Source of the DNA: Cyanophora paradoxa CCMP329 | Taxonomy: Eukaryota > Plantae > Glaucophyta | Assembly (NCBI GenBank): GCA_004431415.1 | Contig: QPMI01000161.1 | Coordinates: forward strand, 148,461-212,460 | DNA: 64,000 nt | Reading direction: 5' to 3' | Notes under the pieces: generated by a model | What the model was told of the DNA's origin: nothing | Database searches by the model: none | Seen by the model: the letters and a program-made list of their open reading frames with translations, nothing else | Program-made: the position numbers and the translations under genes | Part shown: in pieces, positions 49,012 through 62,000 of the stretch | Position numbering within the stretch: the first letter of the stretch is position 1 | How the letters are laid out: each line of letters begins with the position of its first letter

Positions 49012-49901
49012 CGCAGCCGCTGACCGCTTCTGCCACGCGCGAATGCGTTTCCCTAAAGGCAGTCAAGGGAACGCTCCGCTGCGGATTGCGGCGTCCGGGG
49101 GCGCACCTAATATGTTCCAATCCGCCTCGTGTGCAGATTGTACAACCCGCCTCGTGGGCGGTATCACCTCGCGAAGACTCGCCATCCCGTGGTCACCGAA
49201 AGCCGGGCGTATCCGCTCCTGTGGTCCACGAAGCGTGCGTGTCGTCGGTTTCGCGCAGTTCAATACGGGCTCAAAGATGCGCACCGGTCATGATCAGGCG
49301 AACGCTTGATGATGAACGCGCCTCGGGACACGAGGCCGTCTAAAAGCTGCAAGAAATGCTTTAAATTTGATTCTCGCACGCTCTCTGCCGTCAGAAGACA
49401 CGTTGGGGGCGTCCTGACTGCTGAGGCTGACTGCCTGACTAAGCTGACTTCGACGAGGGGGTATCTCTTTCTAACCTTCCAGCCGGGTACAGCTGCCGAT
49501 GCAGCGACCTGCCCTCCTCTGCTGGAGTTCGAGGCGCGGGCTCGCGTCCCTTCCGCGAAAACGAACTGCAGCCCTGCCGAGCCAGCCCGCAAAGCCTCCT
49601 AGAGTCACCACACCGAATGACGAACCTGGCGTCGTGCGACCGATCGGATGCGCGGTCCGCGCTCTGGGAATGCTGATGCCATCCTGCAGAACGCGCGGTT
49701 TCGTGCGACCCCGCTGGACCCCGCGGTGCGCCCCTGCTTAACTGGGCTCCCTGGACTACCAGCGACGGCTGAGCTCCATGCTTGCGCGCAGATCCTCCGC
49801 AAGATTGATGAAGAGTGGTGCGTGTGACGGGTCCGACCGATCGCGGGCGGCACTGGGGCAGCGCTAGGGCTCCAGGCGTCAGTAACTAAACGAGCGGCGC
49901 G

Positions 49902-51697
49902 GTGGATTGCGGTTCGTTCACGCACCGCGTCAGGGTCGGTCGGCAGCGCGGGAAGATACCGTCATCCATCACGAAGCACCTCGAGGACAAGGAGGACGAG
50001 GCGAACCGCGTGCGCGAGCTGCATCCGCATCGTGCAGTGCGAGATCCCTGGGCGCTGATTTCGGGGGCGGCCATGCGCAGCTTTTCCTCGCGAAGCCGGA
50101 ATTCGTAGCGGGTGCCCTGACGGCCGAGTCCCTTCCCCCGGAGGGCCTCCCGGTGAGCAGATAAAAATGTAACCGAACGCTCGCAGTCTTGCGTTAAAAT
50201 TAAATTCAGGAAGTGGCCTTCGCTGGACGCTCGAATGTAGGGAAGAGCTCCTTAATCAACGCCCTCGCGCGCGGTGTGCCTTCGCCCGCCGCCGCCGCGC
50301 GCCGCCGCCGCCCGCGCGCATTGCGCCGTCGGCCCGTCCGATGTTGACGACGGGGCGGTCGACCCGATGCGCAGGGATGCGGGCCGCGCGCGTGAGTGAC
50401 AAGCCAGGTAGGCCCTGCCCTGCCCTCCCCTCCCCTCCCCACGACGGCGGCCGGCCGACCCCGGGCCGGCGCAGGCGTCACGCAGCAGCTTAACTTCTAC
50501 AGCCTGAAGAATAGGCTCATCCTCGTGGACTTCCCAGGTCCGCCCCGCCCCGCCAGGCCCGTGCTCCCCCTGAGTAGCGGGCGGGGTGGCGGGCGGGCGG
50601 GCGTGCAGGGTACGGCTTCGCGTTCAGCAAGGAGGAGAGGAGCGGGGCGTGGCAGGAGCTCATGAAGCAGTTCGTGAGCAGCCGGAGGACGCTTCGCCGC
50701 GTCTGCCTGCTCGTCGACGCCCGCGTCGGGTCCGCCCCGCCCCGCCCCGTCTGGCTTCCCTGGCGCGCGCCTCACCGCCGCGAGTCGGCCGCAGGCTCAA
50801 GCAGTCGGACCGGGAGTTCGTCGAGAACCTCGTGCGGCGCGTCCTCTACATTCGATCTCGCTCGCTCTCGCACGCTCTCGGGATCTGATGCACATGTCAA
50901 CTTCAGGGCGCGGGTGCGGCTGCAGGTGGTGCTGACGAAGTGCGACGCGGTGCTGCGCGAGGAGCTCGCCCGCCGCGTCTACCGCATCCGCGAGGAGCTC
51001 GCCTGGGCCCGCCAGGCCGGCCCCATCCGGGTGCTCCATCCCCGCGCCTTCCCTGAGCCTTCCTTGAGCTGAGAGCTTAGCTTGAGCTTGAAATCTTGCT
51101 AAGCCGGCCCCACCCGGGTGATCCCTCGCTGAGGCTTCCCACCCGTCTGCTAGGCGCGCGTGTGCGAGCTGCTAGGCCAGCCACCTGCTCTTCCACGCTT
51201 CAGGAGCGCCCTCTCACCCGCGCGCTCGCTCGCGCGCGCTCAGATGGTCTCGGCGAGGACGCGTGCGGGGATCCTCTCCCTCCGCAAGGACCTCTACGCC
51301 GTCAGCCTCAAGCCGAGGCGGCCCGACCCGGCCCCGGCCCCGCCTCCCGCCGAGCAGCGCCAGCAGCCGCGGGCGGGCGCCGGCGGGAGGTGGCTGGCCG
51401 CGCGGGGGGGTATCCGGAGGAGCCCCGCCGGGCCCAAGGCGCGGTCGGGCAGGGTGCAGGCCTCGCGGGAGCGCGCCCCGGGGCCGGCGCGGGAGGGCCC
51501 TGAGCAGGCCGAGGAGCCTCAAGACGCGGCGGGGCGCAGGCGCGGCCGCCACCGCCCCGCCCGGGAGGGGCGAGGCCGGCAAGAAGGGCGGGCGGCGGGC
51601 GGGCGGCGGGGGCGGCGGGGGCGGCCTCGGGAAGCGGGCGGCGAAGCTCGAGCTGAAGCCCCAGAAGTCGGCGTCCAGGCGCGGCGCGAGGCGGTAG
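49902..51697 (+). CDS. engB: EngB/YihA-family ribosome biogenesis GTPase, multi-exon; both ends approximate
   Basis: EVAFAGRSNVGKSSLINAL, SDKP/GVTQQLNFY, LVDFPG/YGFA, CLLVDAR, VVLTKCD, MVSA. Confidence 0.9.
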
Positions 51698-52247
51698 CCC
51701 GGCGCCATTCCGCGCCTTGCCAGCCCTGGGCCACTCGCCATCCGGCACGGCGCCTTGCACGCCGGCCCGGCGTCTCGGTGCGCGCTACGCCAACGCGCGC
51801 GGAGCCAGGAGCCTCGAACGCCACGTGCAGGTTGCCGATCACGACGGCGCGGATGCGTGCGCAGTTGAGACGCCGGCGCATGTGCAGCCAGCGTCTCCCT
51901 GCGTATGATGGATGAAGCCCAAGCACTAGTAGGCAGCGCTGTAGTGCCCACTGCTAGCGCTCACCTGCTGCAGTGCAGCGCCTTTATCTGGCGCGACCGC
52001 CCGGCCACTAAGCCGCTGCTAGCTAGGCAGTGGTAACAGTCTGGCAAAGTAGACCCGGTCAGGCACTGCCAGTGCGCCAGCATTCGCCGATGGCCCGGTG
52101 CACCGTGCACCTGGCGCAGGCGGCGCGCTTGAAGGCTGATCATGAAGCTTCTCCTAACGGTAACTCGAATCCTGTCGTCACATGCACATGATACGAGTTC
52201 GCTCAGTTGCGTTGTTTTTCTTATCTGCGATCTGTACCCCCAACTGA

Positions 52248-53667
52248 ATGCCCCAGTTCACTCCCGGCCGCCGGCTCGCGCACAAAGGGACGTCGACCGT
52301 CGACGTCAGTGGCACCACCTGCTCCGATCCCCCGCCGAGCAGCTGCAGGCCGCGCATCGCCCATCGCTTGAGCGACCGCAGTCAGCGTTTCCGCCTTGCC
52401 AAGTTGCTGGGCCGCAGCCCCGCCTACCTCGGACGAAGCGGGCGCGGCCGGTTCGCTCCTAGCGGGCCCAACCTTGCCTGGCCCAGCTGCAACGCATCTG
52501 GACCGGCGTGCAACAGCGGCAACAGCGGACCGGCGTGCTGTTTGTCGTCCGCTAGCTGGCTGATTCGCTTTCCAGCTGCCCGCTGGCCACAACGTGTTCT
52601 GGGCGCTGCGTAGCCGCAATGGGTGGGGCGTTCAGCGGTGGAAATCGCGGTGCGGTCTTTTGTCCCCTAGCTTTTCCTTTGCACTGCCTCATAGTCCCGC
52701 AGATCGGAATCGTTCAACGGTTCTGGCAAGAACAACGGGACCAGAACGTCCAGTACCACTGTTGTTCCTTCAGAGAGTGTGCCGCCTGTTAGCCTTGCTT
52801 CCGCTCGCCCAGAGTTGCCTGATCGATCGATTGCTTCCGCAGCCGTAGCAGCAGCACCGCCACCAGCGGCCGCTCCTCCGCAGACACAGCCGGCGAAAAG
52901 CATCGCTCAATCTCGGTTGAGCAAGCTCTTTGCATCAGCAGATTCGGAAGCATCATCCGTGCCGTTGGACGCAACCAGCCATGCACGTGCTATCCTCGCG
53001 AAGACTGACCGGGGCGGTTTGCCGCTATCCAACTCGTTCTCCGGAGGATTTGGGGGCTTGAGAGGGCGGCCATCGATGCAAGGAGTGCACTCTGGAGCAG
53101 GCAGAAGCGAGAGCCCGCTGATAGACCGCCGCCGCGCTCGAAGGTGTGCCTGCCCGCGGCCAGGCAACCGGGCGGTCTGCCTTTTGACCCGGTATCTTCG
53201 CAGCTATCATGCGCCCAAGTCGGGGACGCTGCCGTCGTCCCCCAACGAGGCGGGTGCCGCGACTGAGATCGAGAACTGGAAGAATTACCTCGTGAGCCTT
53301 CTAATTCCTTTTCCCGAGCCCGGGCGGCGCTCGCGACCCTTGATAGAAGAATGCTTAGACGCCTGTCGCTGACGCCCCGTGATGCCTCGCGCAGGCCCAG
53401 TGTATAGAGGAGATCCGGGAGGTGCGGGAAGTGTCGCGGGACAGGATGACCGTAGAAGCGCCGGACGCGAAGAAGGGAATGGCGGCCGGCTTCGGCTCCA
53501 TCGTCTCTGGGCTCGCGCGCAACGAGGAGGGGGACGCAATTCCTCCGCCCGACCCGGGCAGCGCGCGGTGGTCGGAAGGCGCGGGGGCCCCTCGGCTGGA
53601 GGGCGGTCTCGCAAGCATGGCGGGCCTTGGCGTGGACCGGCACGCCGCTGCGGTCGCTGCGGGGTAG
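52248..53667 (+). CDS. Hypothetical Ser/Pro-rich protein, multi-exon
   Basis: Coding-like frames with gt..ag junctions (EIENWKNYL/AQCIEEIREV), followed by an AT-rich 3' region. Confidence 0.4.
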
Positions 53668-54330
53668 CCTGCCCTCTCCAGCTTTCCACAAAACTCTCCA
53701 TCTGCCTTCTCCTTTCCTTTCGACCTCCCTCCTCGCCCTCGTAGGAAGCCCAGTCGTCCTCATCATCATCTTTTATCGAAAATCTCTCGTCCTTAAATCC
53801 CTTTCAGTTGTACTTACGCTTCGCATCTACATATTATTATATGTGCAGAACTTCGGCTTCAGTTTTAGATAGAAGCACTCATTGTAGAATAGCCCCTGTT
53901 CGAGATTCGGACTGCTGTGCGTTCTATGCCAATGTGCTGAGCGGCTTTCGCGGTTGCTGTTCATGATCAAAGATTCCAGCTCTAATTCTAATCCTGCGAA
54001 TGCAGGCCTAGGTTCAGCACTGGTCTAATTCGAAGTGGTGGGGCCGGCGCACCCAGGCGGCGGGCCCAGGCGGCGGGCGGGCGATACGTTCCTTCAATCA
54101 ATTAAGGCTTGTGCCACGGTGCACTAGCACTGCGGCCGCGACTGATCGACGGAGACGTACTAACTTCACAGAAGGCGGATACGGATTGCAACTAACCTAA
54201 CGGCGTAAAACGAAAAGACCCTGCAGCTGCCGGCGCCGCAGTGCCATGGTGCGCGAAGATCCAATTGGCACTGCGGCAATGCAAGGCGCGGGGTACGGCA
54301 CTCCCAGATCAGGATCTTCAAGGGCTCACC

Positions 54331-55405
54331 ATGTTCGTCGCCGCCGCCCCCGTTGCCCGCCCGCTGGCCAAGGCGTTCATCGGACAAGAAGTTCGCGCTC
54401 GCCCGGCCAACAAGGCCCAGGCCACCACCAAGTTCGCGGTCGAGGCCAAGACCAAGGTGCGCCCCGCACGCCTGCGCCGCGACCGGTTTAGCACTCTAGA
54501 AGCCAGTTCTAGTCGTGGATCCGGATTGGCGCGCCGGCCGTCCGCTGTGTCGCGCGAAAGCTCTTGTTGTTGTATGTGTGGTATGTTCCGACGCACTTCG
54601 CAGGTCTGCTCCGACAGCGACCTCGTCGAGGGCGACCGGAAGATCGTCGTGCGTTTCTCTTCGTTCAATTCACAACTGAACACGCGCGGAGAGCAGCGGC
54701 GTCGCTTTTAGATCTCGCCCGCTTCGTCAGTTGAGCGGCCTGGTGCCCGCAGGACGTCGATGGCCAGGCCGTCATCGTCACCCGCCAGAACGGCAAGCTC
54801 TTCGCCGTCTCGGCCACCTGGTGCGGCAGCTGCCAGATTTGATCCGCCGGGCCTGACGCTGAGCCCGACTTCGACAGCCCCCACCTTGGCCTCCCCATGA
54901 AGAAGGGCAAGATCGAGAACTGCGCCATCGTGAGCTTGTTGTTCTTGCCTCGATCCGCGCGCCCGCGTTGACGCGAGCGGTTGCAGACCTGCAGGTGCTT
55001 CTAACCTGTGACGCGGCGCCGAGCCGGGGCCGGCGAGAGCCTGCGGCGGCTGACATAAGAGCGCAATGCGCGTGCGCAGCTTCCACAAGTCGACCTTCGC
55101 GCTGGAGGACGGCAAGGTCCTCGCCTGGTCCGAGTCGTTCATGGGCCTCCCCGGCACCGGTGCGCGCGCGCACACAGCTTCGGCGAGCGCGCCGCACCGG
55201 CCCGCCCACGCGCTCGCGCCGCAGGCATGATCGGCAAGGCCATCGGCAACCTCAAGGGCGGCCCGAAGAACCTCGCCACCTACCCCGTTAGCATCTCCGG
55301 TGCGAATTCGCAGCCGCCTCCCCCCGCGATTCACGGAGTCAGTGACAAAGCTCGGACGCTGACCGTTCCTCCTGTGCCGCAGGCGGGGATATCTACGTCG
55401 ACTAA
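54331..55405 (+). CDS. Plastid-targeted Rieske [2Fe-2S] ferredoxin-like protein, multi-exon
   Basis: Transit-like MFVAAAPVARP..; ATC/PHLG (CxH) and I/TCS/FHKSTF (CxxH); ends TYPVSIS/GGDIYVD*. Confidence 0.88.
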
Positions 55406-56093
55406 GCTTCCAGCGACGCGCTTCGGATAGGATGTAGCTTTGAACAGGAAATATAATACTTTGGCGGACCCGGGGACCCCACGCGTGCACGCAAGCGTGT
55501 CCTTGCACAGCCTCTCCCAGCCTGGCACAGCGGCCGTGGCTCTCGGACGGCGGGGGCGCGGGGCTGCGTAGGCCTGGACCCTGAGTTTCGAGCTTGCCAG
55601 TCGTGATCGGACGTCGGCTGGCTCGTCCCCAGCTGCCAAGCAGGGATCCGGATGCAGGCCGCGGGGACTAGGGAATCTAGATCACTGATTATTCTATCCA
55701 TGATATCGATCCGATGATATCGATGTTCTTTGACTTAGATCTAGATCTCGTCACTTCGATTTTGAAGCGCCGCGGCGCGGCCGACCCTTCAACTTGGCGA
55801 TTTGGCAAGGCTCAACGCAGGCCTAGGAGAGGGCTCCCCAAGCTCATGTGCAGCCGACGCCCCTGGCCGCCCCAGGCCCGGCTCCTTTAAGTGAATTTTC
55901 CCTTCCCCAATATTTGCTATCCGTGCGACACCGGCTCGCCGAGTCGGCGATCGCAAGGGCAGACTCGGCGAATCACTGAGTGTTGCCTGCAAAAGTATGC
56001 CTGCTGGGGGAGGCTCGCCATGCGCATGCGCAAGCCATGCCTTGCAAGCAATGACTCCATGATCATGAGATTCCTCGCGGGCGATCCGGACCT

Positions 56094-59000
56094 CTACCGG
56101 CTGCGGCGCCCGGGGGCGCGCGCCCCGGCGGGGGCGGGGGCCCCGGGGGCGGCCGCCCCCGGGGCGGGGGCGTTGGCGGGGGCGAGCCCGAGGGCGGCCT
56201 CGTCCACGCTGAAGAGCTCGAGGACCTGCGGCGCCTTCAGCAGAGGCGCGCTCGAGGGACGAGTTCTGTGGGGAGGGGGAGGGAGGGGGCCGGGGGCGGG
56301 CCTCGCGGGTCTGGAGGCGGTCAGCCTCCTCGCGGGTGAGGGCCGTCTGCGCGCCCCCGCCCTCCACCTGCGCCGCCCCGTCAGCCTCTCCTCGGGCTCC
56401 TCGCCTCAGACGCCTCAGATCTGACCTTGCGGCGCTGCAGGTCCACCACCTTCTCCTCCACCGTTCCCTGCCAAGGGCCCCCGCTCAGCGCGCGGGCCGG
56501 CCGGCCGGCGGGGGCGCTCGAGCGTCTAGTCTTAGCGCCTCTCCCGCCCTCGCTCGCGAGAGACGCGGGGGCGGGGCGCGTGCGCACCCTGACGATGAGG
56601 CGGACGACTTTTGTCTCGCGGCGCTGCCCGATGCGGTGCACGCGCAGCGCCGCCTGCGCCTCCACCCCGGGGTTGATCGCCGGCTGCCCCCGCCCCCCGC
56701 CTGTCACGAGGGTGCGCGGGGGCGGGGCGCGCCGCGGCCCTTTGCGGCGCGGCGGGTCCGGAACCTCGAGGATGTAGACGGCGGAGGCGGCGGTGAGGGT
56801 CATGCCCCCGCCCGAGCGCATCAGCGCCAGGAAGCACGTCACCTCCGGCTGCCCCCAGCGCGCGTCACGGCCGGCGCGGGGCGGGGCGGGGGCGGGGGCG
56901 GGGGCGGGGGCGGGGGCGGGGCGGGGGCGGGGCGGGCGGACGTCGGACTGGAAGGCGACGATGGCGTGGGCGCGGCGGCGGGCGGAGCCGGCGAGCTCCT
57001 CGTAGCGCACCCCGTTCGCCTCCAGCGCGCTCTTCACCAGCCCCAGCATCTTGTTCCAGTGCCTGCCCCGCCCCGTCCCCCGCTCAGAGGCGCCCCGGCG
57101 GGCCCCCCGGCTGGAGGGCGGGCGGGCGGGCGTGGGCACGAGAAGATGACGGCCTTGGCGGTGGGGTCCTGCGCCCGCAGCGCGATGAGCTCCGACACCA
57201 GCGCGCACACCTGCCGCCCCCCGTCAGACCCCGGCCGCCGCCGCGCCGCTCCGAGGGCCGCCGGCTCCGCTGCCGTGCCGTGGCCCCGCGCTGTCGCGCT
57301 CGTTCTAGGTCCCAGACCCTTTCTTTCTTCTCTCTTCCGAATGCAAGGGAGGGGGCGGGGCGGGGCGGGCCTTGGTGCCGTAGTCGTTCTGGGCGTCGGA
57401 GGCGGCGGCGGCGGCGGCGAGGTCGAGCGGCTCTTCCGGCGCCGTGTCGAGGGGCGCGGCCTGCGCGCCCCGGCCCCCCGCCCGTGGGCCCCGCGCCAAG
57501 GCAGGAGGGAGGCGGGCGGCCGCTCTGGGGCGGGGGGCGGGGCGGGGGGCACCTCGTGGAGCATGGCCTGGGTGAGGGGCCGGCGGCACGTCGGGCACAG
57601 CCGCGACCGCTCCAGCGCCTCCTCGATGCAGCTGCCGCCGCCCCGCCCCTCAGCGCCCCCCACCTCGAGCTCGCCGGCGCGGGGCGGGGCGCGGGGGCCG
57701 CGGCGCGGCGCACTGCTTGCAGAAGGAGTGCCCGCACTCGGTCACCACCGGCTGGCGGCGAGCAGGGGCGGGCGGGGATGAGGGAGGGCGGACGCCGCCG
57801 CGAGGCGAGCCTCCGCGGACCTGGAGGAGCTCGTCGAAGCAGATGGGGCACACGTTCGCGTTCATCGCCTCCTCCCCCTCCTCCCCGGCCCCCGCCCCCG
57901 CCGCCCCCGCCGCCGGCGCAGCCGCCGCCGCGGCGGAGGAGGGCCCGGCGGCGGAGGCGGGGCCCTCGGGGGCGCCGGCGCGGGCGACGGCGGCGCGGGT
58001 GACCTTCTGCGCCTCGTCGAAGCGCGCCCGCAGCTGCCGCCCCGCCCGGGCGTCGGGCGCGGGGCGGTGGAGGGGGCGGGGCGGCTCTGGGGCGGGCGCA
58101 CGTGCTTGAGCTCGTGCTCGGCGGCCTCCGCCTTCTTCCGCAGCGCCTCCGCGTGCCGCGCCGCCCGCTCCACCGGCGACGGCCGCTTCGCCGCCGCCTT
58201 GCCCTTCCCCTTCTTCTTCTTCGTCTCCTCCTCGTCCTCGTCCTCGTCCTCTTCCCCGTCTTCGTCCGCCGCTTCAGCGGCGGCGCCGGTCGAAGCGCCG
58301 CCGGCCTCGCCGCCCGCCGCCGCCGCCGCCGCCGCCTGCTGCTCGGCCGCCTTCTGACGGCCGCTCTCCCTGCGGCCGGCGCGGCGTCAAACGAGGGTCG
58401 GAGGGGGTGGGGGCGTCGGAGAGGGGGCGGGGGCGGGGCGGGACCCGCGGGTGGTGCGCTTGAAGGCGGGGTCCAGCACGACCTCCCGCGCCGCCTCGTG
58501 CGCCGCCACCTCCTCTGGCGGGCCCGAGGCGGCGAGTGAGCGCGCAAGAGCGGCGGGGCGCTGGGAGGAGACGGGGGAGGGCGGGGCGGGGGCACCGCGG
58601 AGGGCGGCGAGGCGGGCCTCGGCGGGGCCGGTGGTCTCGGCGTCGGCGGCGCAGGCGTGGAGGGCGCGGCAGAGCGCCTCCGTCGCCTCGAGCTCGGCCC
58701 GCGTCCAGCGGAACGCCTCCGCCTCGTCCTCCCCGCACAGCTCCCGCTGCTCCCCGATCACCTGCTCCGCACTCAGGGGGGGCAAGCCGAGCACGGGGCC
58801 TCGGAGCGGGGGAGGGCGCGCGTCGATCTCGGAGCGGAGGCGGGCGGCGACGGCGGCCGCCGCCTCCACGCCGGCGTCGCTCGTGGCGGGGCGACGCCGC
58901 CACGCCTCGAGCTCCGCCGCCGCCTCGGCCTCCGCCTCCGCCGAGGGCGGCGCCTCCTCCGCCTGCGGCGCCTGGCGCCCGCCCTTGCGCTTGCCCTTGC

Positions 59001-62000
59001 CCTTCTTCTCGTCCCCCTTCTTCTTGCTCTTCGCGGCGGCGGCGGCCGCGGGGCTGGGCCCGACGAGGGCATCGAGCTCGGCGGCGGCGAGGGCGGCGGA
59101 GGCGTGGGCGGCGTCGCGGAGGGCGGAGGCCCAGGCGGCGCGCCCCTGCTCGACGAGGCGGCCCATGATCTCCGTCAGCGTCAGCGTCCGGTTCCCCAGC
59201 AGCTCCTCCGCCCGCCGCACGACCTGCCCCCGCCCCGCGGGGCGCCGCCGCCGCGTCAGGGGGCGCGGGGAGCGCGGGGGAGGGGCGCTGGGGGGACCTG
59301 GGGGTGGCAGGCGGCCTGGCGGAGGGCGAGGACGTGGCCCATGACCTTGGAGGAGAGGGCGACGCGCGCGCCCCGCGCCGGCGCCGCCTCCAGCTGCCCC
59401 GCCCGCGCCAGCGCCTGCAGCGCCTTCAGCGCCTCCTTGTGCACCAGCCCGTACGCGCTCTGCCCCGCGCCCGAGGGCGTCAGCTGCGGGGAGGGCGTGG
59501 TGCGGTGCGCGGGGGGACCTGCTCGAGGGGGGAGAGGCGGAGCTCGCGGGTCTCGTGGGAGCACGGCGGCAGCGCGATCTGGGCCGCCACGTGCGCCTTC
59601 GTGTGCCGCCTGCGAGGGGAGAGGTGGTGGGCGGGGGGGCGGACGAGGAGGGGGCGGGGCGGGGGGGCGGACCACATCCAGCGGGCGAGGAAGCCGGCCA
59701 TGCGGGCGCGGGCCCCCGGGCGGCGCCGCTCGAAGGGCCCCAGCAGGAAGGTCCGGAAGATGTACGCGCTGCGGCCCCCGCCCCGCCCCGCGTGGGCGAG
59801 GGGCGGAGGGGAGGGCGGGGGTGGAGGGCGGGGGCGGACCTGTCGAAGGGGCGGTACTCGAGGAAGCGGAGGAGGCCGACGAGGTCGCCCGTGCGGTTCG
59901 AGGCCGGCGTCCCCGACACGCACCACCTGCGCCCCCGCGAGCCCGTCAGCGGCGCCCCGCAGGGCGAGCGGCGGGGCGGAGCAAGCGGGAGGGTGCGGGA
60001 CTCTAGCGAGGGGGGCGGGCGGGGCGGGGCGGACGAGAGGACGCGGGGGACGGAGGCGGCCATCGCCGCCGCGTTGGAGGAGGCGTTCGCGACCGTCTGG
60101 CGGGGCCGTCAGCGCGGGAAGGGCGGCTGGGGCGGCTGGGGCGGGCGGGCCTGGGCCTCGTCGAGGACGACGCGCCAGAACTCGGCGGCGAGCAGCGGCG
60201 ACGGGTCCAGCGCCGTGTGGCCCCGCATCTCCCCCCGCAGCACCTGCCCGGCCCCCGTCAGGAGGGGGGGAGCGGGGGAGGGGGGACGGTAGGAGGGGCG
60301 CCTCGTAGGTGGTGAGGACGACGTCGGCGGCGGCGAAGGCCCGCAGCGCCGCCTCGCACGTCGCCGGGCCGCCCCCGGCCTCCACGCCGGCGGCCGCCGC
60401 CCAGGGCGCCCCCCCCTCCTCGGCGCCGCCGCCGACGAAGGCGAGGGGGCGGAAGCCGCCCTCGAAGACGACGGCGCGGAGCGTCGGCGCGTGCGTCTGC
60501 ATCTCCTGCCGCGCCCGGAGGCGAGATCGGTGGTCAAGCGAGGCAGAGCCAAGGGAAGCTGGAGGAGCGGGGGCGGACCTGGACCCACTGCTCCTGGATG
60601 GAGACGGGGCAGACGACGAGCGTGGCGCCGAGGCGCGGGCGGGCGCGCTCCCGCTCCGCCGCCGCCTGCCGCTCCGCCTCCCCGGGGTCCACCCCCGCCG
60701 CCACCAGGCTCGCCCGCTCCCGCGCCTGCACCAGCCGCCGGCTCGCCCGCCGCTCTTCCTTCTCCTCCTTCGCCGCCGCCGCCGCCGCCGCCGCCTCTGC
60801 CGCCGGGGCCGAGCCGGGGCGGCGGGGCGGCGGGGGCGGCGGGTAGGCGGATGGTGGCGGGGTCGCGGCGGTGCGCCAGCACGAGGGCGATGACCGAGAT
60901 CTGGGGGCGCCCCGCGTCGCACCGGGCCCCGCCCTCGGCGGCCGCACGCCCGACGCGGAGCGCGCGCGCGCACCGTCTTGCCCAGGCCCATTTCGTTGGC
61001 GAGGACGCCCCCCCGGGGGTCCGGCGGGGCCCCGAAGCGCTGCGCCGTGAAGACCCCCAGCGCCAGGTTCTGGCAGGGCCCGAGGGAGTGAAAAGGGGAA
61101 GCAGGCGCGAGAGCAGGGCGAGCTCGAGGTCGAATGAGCTGAGCGAGCCAAGAGTGAAGCGGACCTGGTAGAGGAGGCGGCCGCCCGGCAGCCGCAGCGC
61201 CCGGTACGACGGGTGCAGCGCCGCCCGCTCCCCGTCCGCCCCCGCCGCCGCCGCCTCGTCAGCCCCCTCCTCCTTCTCTTTCTCCTCCTCCTCCTCCGCC
61301 TCCTCGTCCTCTTCCTCGCGGGAGCGCTTCGCCTGCTTCTTCGTCCCCGCCTTGGCCTTCTTGCCGCCGCCGCCGCCGCCGCCGCCGGCCGAGGCGGCCA
61401 CGGGGCGGGATCTCCCCTTTGTCTTCCCCGCGCTCTTCCGCGCCCCCGCCCCCGCCTTGCTCTCCCCCTCCTCCTCCTCCTCCTCCTCCTCCTCCTCCTC
61501 GGGCTGCTTCTTCTTCTTCCCGCGCGACGCCTTCCCGCCCGACGCCGGCGAGGAGGCGGCGGCTGCGGCGCCGGCCGCCGGCTTGCCCCCCGACGCCCGC
61601 GCCCGCTTGCGCGCCGGCCCCGCCGCCTCCTCCGCCTCCTCGCCCTTCTTCTCGGGCGAGGGCTCGAGGGAGGCGAGGCTGCGGCGGGCCTCGGCCTCGG
61701 CGAGGGCGCGCTGGTGGGCGGCCTCCTCCGCCGCCGCCTCGGCGCGGTACGCGGCGAAGCCGGCCCGCTCCTTCTCCACCATCCAGTGGAGGGCTTGCCG
61801 CTGGAAGCGGAGCAGGGTGGAGAGCATGCCTGGGGCGGGCGGCGCGGCTCAACGCGCTGGAGGACGTGCGGAGGCAGGGTTCGGGAGGAGAGGAGAGGGC
61901 GGACCGCGCGGCTGCTCGTGCTCGGGGGCGTCGTCCGGCGGCCGCAGCGCCTCCAGCAGCGACGGCAGGTCCGCCCTGCGCGAGGCGGAGCTGAGGGCAG

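Noticed and set aside
49200-49900. Possible separate gene between the DNMT and EngB
   Set aside because: No recognisable motif; may be EngB 5' exons or promoter
55680-55750. Repeated tgatatcgat and agatct palindromes
   Set aside because: Too short to assign; probably ordinary intergenic micro-duplication
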